Positions 27,422-34,758 of a DNA stretch of 63,117 nucleotides are shown one piece after another. The stretch spans positions 1 through 63,117 of the forward strand of contig JANTGZ010000002.1 of the NCBI GenBank assembly GCA_024762675.1, read 5' to 3'. Below the pieces are notes generated by a model. The model worked only from the letters and a program-made list of their open reading frames with translations. It ran no database searches and had not been told where the DNA came from. Source of the DNA: Thermodesulfobacteriota bacterium (GTDB lineage: Bacteria > Desulfobacterota > Anaeroferrophillalia > Anaeroferrophillales > Tharpellaceae). The position numbers and the translations under genes are program-made. Numbering within the stretch: the stretch's first letter is position 1; every line of letters begins with the position of its first letter.

Positions 27422-29080
27422 TCAGCTTGCACCATCCTGATTATGTTCTTGTATCAATTTCTTGAGACTTTCTTTCAGAGTATCGATTTCTTTACGCTGT
27501 TCTTCAAGCCTTCTCTGTTGTTCTTTCATCCCCTCCAGAAGAACCGGGATAAGCTGGATGTATTCAACCGATTTATAACCCTTGGCATCCGTGTTAACCA
27601 ACTCTGGCAGAACTTTTTCCACCTCCTGGGCGATAAATCCCAACTGGCGACCTTGAGCAAACCAACGATCAGGGAACTTATCCTTACGCCATTGAAAACT
27701 GACGCCCTCAAGTGCTTGAATTTTCTCTAGAGCATTTTCAATGGGATCTATCTCTTTTTTTAAACGGCGATCAGAAGGGCTGCTGATACTTGAAATTTCA
27801 AGCGTTCCATTAACCCGAAGTAAATCGTGGTCAAACTCTCCGTAGACAAGTGGCGTTAAAGTATTACTGTTATCAATATATAGCTTGTTTGAGCCTGTTT
27901 CATTCCCCCCAGCTAGATACCCAACAAAAACATTGCCAGCACCACTTGTATTGTTGTTCCCGGCAAACGCCCCTAAAAATGTGTTAAGTGATCCTGATGT
28001 GTTCTTGAGTCCGGCTTCGTGACCTAAGAAACAATTGTACATTGCGCCCGAAACTACTTTTCCAGCTCGGGAGCCAAGCAGTGTGTTGCCAAAATATGGA
28101 TGGTCCATCCCGGCTTCAAAACCCATGCAAACATTGTAAGATCCATCAGCAGAATCTCGGCCGGCATCGACACCGACATAGGTATTCCACTTTCCAGTAG
28201 TATTGTCATTGCCGGCCACCGCTCCGACGAAGGTATTACGATGTCCAGTAGTATTTTTTTCCCCGGCTTGTGCTCCAAGAAAAGTATTATAATCCCCGGT
28301 TATGTTATTTTGTCCTGATCCATCACCAATAAAAGTATTCAATTGTCCCGAAGTCGTTTTGTTCCCAGCACCATAACCAAAGAACGAATTGTAGAGTCCA
28401 CCAGAATTAACATCCAAAGAATCACCAGCATAAATGCCAAAAAAGGTATTATTAAAAGTCTCCCCTTCTATTGTTCCCCGGAGCAAGGGCGTGGTCTCAC
28501 TCTCCGTAGTCAAAACACCACTAACGTCAGTTTGTTGATTTTCAAAAAGATCATGCATTAAAGTAGTAAAAGTTAGTAGCCCAGAATCAGAAGTCATTTC
28601 ACCGGCATTGAAAGCCTTAATTTCGTCTGATAAAGCCTTGTCAAAAAGACCGATTGTCTGAGCTGGATCTATCTTGAAAAAAGCTCCTTGCGACCAAGGC
28701 CCGACACCCAGTTCATCATAGGCCTGCACGTACCAGACGTATGTATTACCGGACTTCAGGCCGGTATCAACTGAACCGGGTATCCAAGTCGTGGCGGGTG
28801 CAGGAATAAGCGCCTGTAAAACCGGTTCAGACTGAACCTGCATCTCATCGTAACTGATGAAATTCTCATCTTCCACCTGAAAAATCCTGATTTTATATCC
28901 CTGAGTATCACTATCTGCCGACCAGCTGAAAGTAGGTCGGCAACTTTCGCAGACAGCCACACCTTCGGACAAAACCGGTGAGACAGGTATTACTTCTGCA
29001 GAACTTGCTGAAATGGTTCCTGAAAAGCAAAATATCAACAATAAACAAAACATTTTGAAACTGTAGATTCGATATCTCAT
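27422..29080 (-). CDS. Secreted tail-fibre-domain protein with C-terminal S74 intramolecular-chaperone domain
   Basis: 552 aa with a signal peptide and an Fn3-like N-domain. Many NTF.G..AG..NT.G-type repeats. C-terminal SDRRLKKEIDPIENALEKIQALEGVSFQW...GFIAQEVEKVLPELV is typical of the endosialidase-chaperone (peptidase S74) domain, followed by a coiled coil. Confidence 0.75.
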   Translation of the reverse strand: MRYRIYSFKMFCLLLIFCFSGTISASSAEVIPVSPVLSEGVAVCESCRPTFSWSADSDTQGYKIRIFQVEDENFISYDEMQVQSEPVLQALIPAPATTWIPGSVDTGLKSGNTYVWYVQAYDELGVGPWSQGAFFKIDPAQTIGLFDKALSDEIKAFNAGEMTSDSGLLTFTTLMHDLFENQQTDVSGVLTTESETTPLLRGTIEGETFNNTFFGIYAGDSLDVNSGGLYNSFFGYGAGNKTTSGQLNTFIGDGSGQNNITGDYNTFLGAQAGEKNTTGHRNTFVGAVAGNDNTTGKWNTYVGVDAGRDSADGSYNVCMGFEAGMDHPYFGNTLLGSRAGKVVSGAMYNCFLGHEAGLKNTSGSLNTFLGAFAGNNNTSGAGNVFVGYLAGGNETGSNKLYIDNSNTLTPLVYGEFDHDLLRVNGTLEISSISSPSDRRLKKEIDPIENALEKIQALEGVSFQWRKDKFPDRWFAQGRQLGFIAQEVEKVLPELVNTDAKGYKSVEYIQLIPVLLEGMKEQQRRLEEQRKEIDTLKESLKKLIQEHNQDGAS

Positions 29081-29135
29081 ACATAACCCCCTTTTTATTG
29101 TGTTTACTTCCCAGATTCACCCTGTATCTACTAAC

Positions 29136-29163
29136 ATAATATCGCAAATATTCAGGCAGTCAA
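29136..29163 (-). promoter_or_regulatory. Candidate sigma70 promoter of the tail-fibre-like gene
   Basis: Minus strand: TTGACT (29163-29158), a 16-nt spacer, then TATTAT (29141-29136). It lies ~55 nt upstream of the ATG at 29080, which has a GGGGG Shine-Dalgarno sequence. Confidence 0.45.
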
Positions 29164-29182
29164 CAAGCTTTACTTACCGTTC

Positions 29183-29291
29183 ACAAAAAAAGACAACCAA
29201 GCTGCTCTTTAAAATAAGCAACTCGGCTGTCTTTGATGCTTTTAGAAACAAGACCCGTGGTTTTCCGACCCTGCCTTTCGACAAGTGTGGC
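29183..29291 (-). ncRNA. Structured RNA element B1 (GEMM-I-like features, ends in an intrinsic terminator)
   Basis: Minus strand: GCCACACTTGTCGAAAGGCAGGGTCGGAAAACCACGGGTCTTG...AAAGACAGCCGAGTTGC...GCAGCTTGGTTGTCTTTTTTTGTG. It has a GAAA-tetraloop hairpin (29270-29285) and a ~17-bp terminator stem (29188-29234) followed by a T7 run. It is a paralogue of B2, with compensatory changes in the tetraloop stem. Confidence 0.55.
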
Positions 29292-29356
29292 TTTTTCAGT
29301 TATTCATTTGATTCTACATACAATCATTAGGCATAAAGCAGTATAAAAAGCAATGC

Positions 29357-29509
29357 CTATTTTCTGATTTTAACTCAAAACACAACCTACCAAACAAGTG
29401 AGGTATGCGTCAAATATACCCAATGGCAATCTCTACTTTTCAGCCAGCCCGCAAAATAGAGATTGATCGTAAATCTTTTTTAATCACAAGCCTTATTTAA
29501 AAGCAATAA
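29357..29509. repeat. A-repeat unit A1 (~153 bp)
   Basis: Hairpin GGTAT(29402-06)/ATACC(29416-20). Core arms CAATCTCTA(29427-35)/TAGAGATTG(29457-65), with interleaved TGGC/GCCA. Confidence 0.7.
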
Positions 29510-29663
29510 CTATTTTGGGACTTATGCTTAAAAAATAATTCAGCAAATAGGTGCGGTACCTCTTATAAGGTATCCACTGGCAATCTCTACTTTTCTGCCA
29601 GCCTGTAATGTAGAGATTCATCGTAACCATTTCTTATCACATATCACAGATCGATGCAATGAT
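29510..29663. repeat. A-repeat unit A2 (~154 bp)
   Basis: Head-to-tail with A1. Hairpin GGTACCT/AGGTATC (29555-29574). CTGGCA(29577-82)/TGCCAG(29596-601) is interleaved with AATCTCTAC(29582-90)/GTAGAGATT(29610-18). Confidence 0.75.
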
Positions 29664-29785
29664 TATTTTGCGATTTATACTTGATAAATAATTTGGTAAA
29701 CAGGTGCGGTATTCCTCGAATATATCCACTGGCAATCACAACATTCTTGCCAAACAACAAGCTTAACATTCATCGTAATAGGATG
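29664..29785. repeat. A-repeat unit A3 (3' part degenerate)
   Basis: The 5' part aligns with A2 (TTATTTTGCGATTTATACTTGATAAATAATTTGGTAAACAGGTGCGGTA...). Its hairpin is TATTC/GAATA, covarying with A2. TGGCAA/TTGCCA is retained, but the second stem has decayed. Confidence 0.65.
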
Positions 29786-29810
29786 TTTGCAATGTCTTAT
29801 TTTGAATCAC

Positions 29811-30110
29811 TTAATGCAAGCGACTATGCCACTTTTGGGGATCTTTTGCAGTATGAAAAACACTATAAATTGTTACTTTTTCATCTAGATGTTCGTAGAA
29901 TATAGCATAAGGAAATCGCCTCAACAATGCTCGGCGGTATTCTTCATGAACCTTCACGTAAATCTCTGGCGTACGAATTATTGCTTGAATACAAGCTTCC
30001 ATACAAGACAAAAACTCCTCCCCCAAACCAGGACGTCGTTCCTCATACCAGGAATATGCCTCATCAATATCCCGCTTTACCTCAGGAGCTATTATTAAAT
30101 CAACGGCCAT
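29811..30110 (-). CDS. Type II toxin, ParE/RelE family
   Basis: ~99 aa from ATG 30110: MAVDLIIAPEVKRDIDEAYSWYEE...RRFPYAIFYEHLDEKVTIYSVFH. It overlaps the upstream antitoxin gene by 11 nt. Confidence 0.8.
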   Translation of the reverse strand: MAVDLIIAPEVKRDIDEAYSWYEERRPGLGEEFLSCMEACIQAIIRTPEIYVKVHEEYRRALLRRFPYAIFYEHLDEKVTIYSVFHTAKDPQKWHSRLH

Positions 30111-30330
30111 AACGACTACGAACCTGACGCTTAACTTCATCCCATGAAAGATTCGACGCCGTGCTCTTCATCAAGTTGGATTTTCGTCTTGCCAGTTCTT
30201 TTTTTTGCCACTCATGCACTGGTACTGATGAAGGGTTAGCTGCCAAATCATCCCACAGATCTTCAACTAATTGAAGTTTTTCAGGCGGGCTCAAATCAAA
30301 AATTGATATAGTATTTAAATTCATTTTCAC
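30100..30330 (-). CDS. Type II antitoxin (putative addiction-module component, Unstab_antitox-like)
   Basis: 76 aa. LSPPEKLQLVEDLWDDLAANP...WQKKELARR...W.EVK pattern. Its position directly upstream of the ParE/RelE gene fits an antitoxin. Confidence 0.7.
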   Translation of the reverse strand: MKMNLNTISIFDLSPPEKLQLVEDLWDDLAANPSSVPVHEWQKKELARRKSNLMKSTASNLSWDEVKRQVRSRYGR

Positions 30331-30412
30331 CTCCGAGTAAAAATCGAAACATTTGGCATTACAAAGAAATAAGGTTTGCTCGTAAACTCGCCTGTGACAA
30401 TATCAATTAAAC

Positions 30413-30475
30413 TTGCTAATGGCAACCTCAACCTTTACGCCAAATTGCCAGTTTGAGATTGATCGTAAGAACCTT
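30413..30475. repeat. A-repeat core copy A4
   Basis: AATGGCAACCTCAACCTTTACGCCAAATTGCCAGTTTGAGATTGATCGTAAGA. TGGCAA/TTGCCA is interleaved with CCTCAA/TTGAGATT, and it shares the GATTGATCGTAA tail with A1. Confidence 0.6.
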
Positions 30476-30492
30476 ATTTCGAGTCACCGCTC

Positions 30493-30602
30493 ACAAAAAA
30501 AGACAGCTAAGCTGCTCTTTATTAAAGAGGCAACCCGGCTGTCTTTTAGGTTTTGGAGACAAGACCCGTGGCTTTCCGACCCCGTCTTTCGGCGGGAGTG
30601 GC
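30493..30602 (-). ncRNA. Structured RNA element B2 (paralogue of B1, ends in an intrinsic terminator)
   Basis: Minus strand: GCCACTCCCGCCGAAAGACGGGGTCGGAAAGCCACGGGTCTTGTCTCC...AAAAGACAGCCGGGTTGCCTCTTTAATAAAGAGCAGCTTAGCTGTCTTTTTTTGTG. Tetraloop hairpin at 30581-30596; terminator at 30498-30546 plus a T7 run. A possible promoter lies just upstream: TTGTGC, 17 nt, TAGATA. Confidence 0.55.
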
Positions 30603-30660
30603 GTTTACAATTATCTAAGATAGCCACTTTATAAGCACAAGCAACAACTCTTAGCAACAC

Positions 30661-30775
30661 CTATTTTGCGATTTATACCTTTCAGATAACTTATCAAATA
30701 GATGCGGCATCCCGGAGGTGTCCACAGGTAATCTCTTCTTTTTAACCAGACCCCAAAGTAGAGATTCATTCTTTA
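30661..30775. repeat. A-repeat unit A5
   Basis: CTATTTTGCGATTTATACC...AGATGCGGCATCCCGGAGGTGTCCACAGGTAATCTCTTC...GTAGAGATTCATTC aligns with A2 and A3. Its hairpin is CATC/GGTG, a third covarying version. Confidence 0.65.
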
Positions 30776-30854
30776 AATCACAACATCGACTTGAACGCAA
30801 TACCAATTTGGTTCCGGCTCTGCCGGATTATGGTATTAAAAAAGGTTTGATAAA

Positions 30855-31778
30855 TTATCGCTGGTTAACCGGTAGTTCAGGTAACGTAGCCCATTCCCAG
30901 AAGCCGTTGTCATAATTTTCAACTTCTGGATAACCGAGCCAGTGCAAGACAAACCAGGCGAAACCGGAACGGATACCTCCGGTGCAGTAGGGTACGATCA
31001 GTTTCCCTCCGGCTTGCTCCGGCAGGGGCAGGCCGGCCTTTGTGAGTCGGGACCGTAACTCCTCCCTCGATTTAAGTGTGTAATTATCATTCCATAAATC
31101 TTGCCAGTGGAGGTGCAGAGCTCCTGGCAGATGGCCGCCGCGCTGTTCGCGATAGAGTATCTCCCCTTCATATTCAGCCCGGGTGCGAACATCTAAAAAG
31201 ATGAGATTATTCTTTTGATGGCGGGATTGGAGGTCAGTGGCACCCAAATAGGCTTGTTGCAGTTTGTCAATGGCCAAGTGTTGCATGTTCGAAGCTTTAC
31301 AGGCTTCCATATGGTTGGCAAAGAGGGCACCGGTTGGTCCCGAGATATGCTGCCAGCGATCATAGCCGCCATCAAGCAGGGCGATTTTGCTGAAGCCCAG
31401 TTTTTTCAGTATCCAGAAAAGACGTCCTTCTGCACCCCAGGCGTCGCGGTCGCCATAAACTACCACGCTTAGATCCGGGCAGAGACCCTTTTTTCTCAAT
31501 ACATTTACAATTTCGTCAGGATCTCGCAAAGAGCAGGGAACTTTCCCAGACTGGTGAACTAGAGGTCCACTACAGCCGGCATCAAGGTGGACTGCCCCCT
31601 TGATATGGCCTTTGCGGTAGGCTAAGGCATTGCGGGTATCAACTATGACCAGGTTGGGTTTATTGAGTCGGGTCAGCAGTGTTTCAGCTGACCAAAGCTG
31701 TGGAATATTTCCAGCCCGAGCGGAAAAAGGTAACAGGCAGCACGATAGAAAAAGAGTTATAGATATGATATTGGACAT
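30855..31778 (-). CDS. Secreted two-domain rhodanese (thiosulfate/3-mercaptopyruvate sulfurtransferase-like)
   Basis: 307 aa with a signal peptide (ITLFLSCCLLPFSARA). The first domain is inactive (VVYGDRDAWGAE). The second has a catalytic loop PYCTGGIRSG. Confidence 0.8.
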   Translation of the reverse strand: MSNIISITLFLSCCLLPFSARAGNIPQLWSAETLLTRLNKPNLVIVDTRNALAYRKGHIKGAVHLDAGCSGPLVHQSGKVPCSLRDPDEIVNVLRKKGLCPDLSVVVYGDRDAWGAEGRLFWILKKLGFSKIALLDGGYDRWQHISGPTGALFANHMEACKASNMQHLAIDKLQQAYLGATDLQSRHQKNNLIFLDVRTRAEYEGEILYREQRGGHLPGALHLHWQDLWNDNYTLKSREELRSRLTKAGLPLPEQAGGKLIVPYCTGGIRSGFAWFVLHWLGYPEVENYDNGFWEWATLPELPVNQR

Positions 31779-31845
31779 CTCGACACCATCAAATTGTTTG
31801 ACAAAATTAAAAGTAGCTCAGATGTTCCGATGCTACCAAAAGACG

Positions 31846-32913
31846 TCAACTGTCTCCAAGCTTTTTTGCATAATTTTTCAGGGCCCGACGGTTGAACCAG
31901 GTACGCCAACTCGGGTAATGGTTTTCCGGGCCTAAGACAAGTTCCAGAATATGTTTAATCCCGTATTCTTGTTTGGGGTCGAGAAAATCACGGCAGGCGT
32001 AACAGTAAACCACCATCGGTGCAGTACAGCCCTGCATGCGACGTTTGCGATAGCGGGTGGGTAGATCTTTGTCGAGACACCCGGCGGCGCCGCCTTCGCC
32101 ACAGCAGACGGTGTGTTTGCCCTCCATAGGTAAGGGTGCAAGTGTTGCTCCTCTTTCCGTAAGCAGGCGACGAACCGCGGTCTGGGTCTCCGTATCCCGG
32201 CGCAGGACACAGGCATCGTGAACCGCAAATTGAGCCGCCGGCAAAGGTTCTGTAGTCATATTATCATCGGCCAGATGCCGATAGGCCGGGGTCACAACAA
32301 AATCGCTGTAATTGCGAAAAACCTCAGTACAGCTCGGGCACATGGTAACCACTTCGGTTATTCCAGCAGCTTGCAGGCGTTTTCGTAAAATAGAGTACTG
32401 TTTTTCAAAAAAATCCCGGCGGCCAAGGTCATGAGAGATTTTCAGGCAACAGTCGAGCACCAGACCCAAGGGTTCCTCCCATCTCTGTTGCAACTTCGTG
32501 TAGAGTTTTTTTATCGTCTGTGGAGCTTTGCCGATCGCTGCGCAACCGGGAAAGAGTACGCGACGAGCGCCGGTCGGCAGAAAATAGGAGGTAAAAAGAG
32601 TTGATGAGACCAGGCGTTCATACACAAGCAGACCTCGATGCTCCGGCAGTGGTCCTTGACCTGTTGCCACATACTCTTGCCGGCGGGCCAGAAAGTAATC
32701 TTTGATTGGAACATCGACCGGGCAGACGGCTTCACAAGCCGAACAGAGAGAGCAGGAATACGGGATCTCGGGGGCCAGGGAGTCGGCCAGCCGAGCATCT
32801 ATCTCCTTGGGGTTGCCGTAATTGGTAAGAAAATCGCATTCATTGACGCAGAGGTTACATTCAATACAGTTTTCAAGCAGACTTGTGCCGTTGTTTTTCA
32901 TACTGTCCGCCAC
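31846..32913 (-). CDS. (Fe-S)-binding protein with two 4Fe-4S ferredoxin motifs and CCG domains (HdrD/GlpC-like)
   Basis: CIECNLCVNEC and CSLCSACEAVCP cluster motifs. Cys-rich CCG-type segments follow (DCCLK, MCPSC, VCCGEGG, YCYACRDF). Confidence 0.7.
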   Translation of the reverse strand: MADSMKNNGTSLLENCIECNLCVNECDFLTNYGNPKEIDARLADSLAPEIPYSCSLCSACEAVCPVDVPIKDYFLARRQEYVATGQGPLPEHRGLLVYERLVSSTLFTSYFLPTGARRVLFPGCAAIGKAPQTIKKLYTKLQQRWEEPLGLVLDCCLKISHDLGRRDFFEKQYSILRKRLQAAGITEVVTMCPSCTEVFRNYSDFVVTPAYRHLADDNMTTEPLPAAQFAVHDACVLRRDTETQTAVRRLLTERGATLAPLPMEGKHTVCCGEGGAAGCLDKDLPTRYRKRRMQGCTAPMVVYCYACRDFLDPKQEYGIKHILELVLGPENHYPSWRTWFNRRALKNYAKKLGDS

Positions 32914-34376
32914 CTCCAGAAGCGGCGTTTGCCGTGGATCAGGCTCAAAATACCATTGCCGGTAAAACCGCAGGCAAATAGGGCAAGAAATGGCAACAGG
33001 GCAAATTTGCCGAGATTGACAGCCACCGCCATGATCAGCAAAAAATAGAGACCGACAAAAATTTCCAGGGTTGGAACGGCATAGAGAGGCTGACGGTATG
33101 TCGGACTCAGGTTTGCGCCTTCTGAAAGATTGAATTTAGGGGTGCGAACGAATGGGGTACGATAGTTAAAAAAGGCTTCAAAGACGGCTTTGCCGTTATT
33201 GACGGCCAAACCGACGCCGACGGCCAGAGTTAGAGGCAAGGTGATAAGGGTACGTCGACTATAATGGCCGTTCTCCCATTGAGAAACCAGAAAAAAAAGT
33301 GACACGGCACAGCTTGTCGCCAGAAAAAGGGGGACATCAATAAGCAAAAGTTGCTGCCAGGGCAGATTGAAACGGCCAATCAGGGAAGGGTACATAATTA
33401 AAGCCAGAGCGAGTAGCAGCAGGTAGGCAAAATTTCCGGCCATATGGAAGAAGGCCTCAATCTTTACCTTGCCGGGCAATGAACTTTTCAATAGCGGCCG
33501 GGTCAGTTTCAAAAGGGTCTCGGCCGAGCCTTTAGCCCAACGATGCTGCTGGGTCTTAAAGGCGTTGATATCTTCCGGTAACTCGCTGTCGACAGTTAGA
33601 TCTTTGAGGTAGAGAAAATGCCAGCCCTGCATCTGAGCCCGATAACTTAAATCAAGATCTTCGGTCAGGGTGTCGGCCCGCCAGCCGCCGGCATCGACAA
33701 TGGCAGTGCGGCGCCAGATTCCGGCGGTGCCGTTAAAATTAAAAAAACGTCCGGAGCGGTTACGGGCCGCATGCTCAATCACAAAATGGCCATCTAAAAG
33801 CATGGCCTGAACTTGGGTCAGCCAGGAGTAGTTACGATTGATAAACTCCCAGCGGGCCTGGACCATACCGAGCTCAGGCTCTTTAAAATAGGGCACGGTA
33901 CGTCGTAAAAAATCGGGTGAAGGAAGAAAGTCTGCATCAAAAACGGCCACCAGTTCACCTTGACAAAGGCTCAGCCCGATCGCCAGGGCCCCCGCTTTGA
34001 AACCGCTACGCTGATCTCGGTGGAGATGGGTTATCGTTAAACCTTCTTTCCGTAATTCGGAAACCAGACCGGCCACCAGCGCGGTAGTTTCATCGGTTGA
34101 ATCATCGAGCACCTGAATTTCCAGCTTCGCGGCCGGATAGTCAAGGGCTGCAGTCTGCCGCAGAAGTCGTTCAGCTACATATTTTTCATTAAACAAAGGA
34201 AGCTGAACGGTGACCATGGGCCAATCATCGGGATCCATAACCGGCAGTTTAGGGTCTCGGCGTCGAGTTTGAAAGTAGATATAGACAAGAAAAAAACGAT
34301 GCAGACAGAAAATCGCCAGGAGGAAAAGCAACCCATAATAGAGCGCTACCGAAAGTGTAAGAAAATCATATTTCAC
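32898..34376 (-). CDS. Processive family-2 glycosyltransferase (membrane-embedded synthase, CslA/NodC-like)
   Basis: 492 aa. VQLPLFNE, QVLDDSTDET, FDADF, TEDLDLSYR and QQHRWAKG (QxxRW) motifs, with TM helices at both ends. It overlaps the downstream Fe-S gene by 16 nt. Confidence 0.85.
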   Translation of the reverse strand: MKYDFLTLSVALYYGLLFLLAIFCLHRFFLVYIYFQTRRRDPKLPVMDPDDWPMVTVQLPLFNEKYVAERLLRQTAALDYPAAKLEIQVLDDSTDETTALVAGLVSELRKEGLTITHLHRDQRSGFKAGALAIGLSLCQGELVAVFDADFLPSPDFLRRTVPYFKEPELGMVQARWEFINRNYSWLTQVQAMLLDGHFVIEHAARNRSGRFFNFNGTAGIWRRTAIVDAGGWRADTLTEDLDLSYRAQMQGWHFLYLKDLTVDSELPEDINAFKTQQHRWAKGSAETLLKLTRPLLKSSLPGKVKIEAFFHMAGNFAYLLLLALALIMYPSLIGRFNLPWQQLLLIDVPLFLATSCAVSLFFLVSQWENGHYSRRTLITLPLTLAVGVGLAVNNGKAVFEAFFNYRTPFVRTPKFNLSEGANLSPTYRQPLYAVPTLEIFVGLYFLLIMAVAVNLGKFALLPFLALFACGFTGNGILSLIHGKRRFWRWRTV

Positions 34377-34758
34377 GCTAATATAGGTCCTTCAAGGGTG
34401 ATATTGGTTGGGGGCGGCTTGACTTAAAGTCGGTTCGCATCGGGAAGATAGCAAAAAGTTCTCTTTAAAGCCAATACGATTTTTCAATGCGCGGACGGCA
34501 AAGTAAAGGGAAAGCCGATGAGAGTGGGCCGTTGGGGCTTGCTGTCTGGATGATTTTAAGGCCTCTTGCTGCTGACACTCAACTTGACTTATGTTTGAAA
34601 AGTGATATTTTGTGATTCAAGTTCTGGTGCATTCGTAAAAAAAAGTCTCGGAATTTTTGCTTAGCCATCAAGTTCTTGTTTCAAACATAATCAGGTGCTA
34701 CAAATACATATCTGATTTTACGTTTTTGAAAAGATATCTATGTCCGGAGGGTAAGGCG

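Noticed and set aside
27422-30330. Tail-fibre gene plus TA pair considered as a prophage remnant
   Set aside because: No integrase, capsid, terminase, baseplate or lysis genes lie nearby, and no tRNA or att-like direct repeats were recognised. The gene product has a Sec signal peptide.
29357-30775. A-repeat array considered as a CRISPR array
   Set aside because: The units are ~154 bp and tandem without short unique spacers. The repeats are only ~70-85% similar by eye and internally structured. No cas genes are in the window.
29357-30775. A-repeats considered as integron attC sites
   Set aside because: The inverted-repeat arms (AATCTCTAC/GTAGAGATT) lack the conserved RYYYAAC / GTTRRRY core. 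No intI gene or attI-like site is visible. The cassette-like layout is still reported as an observation.
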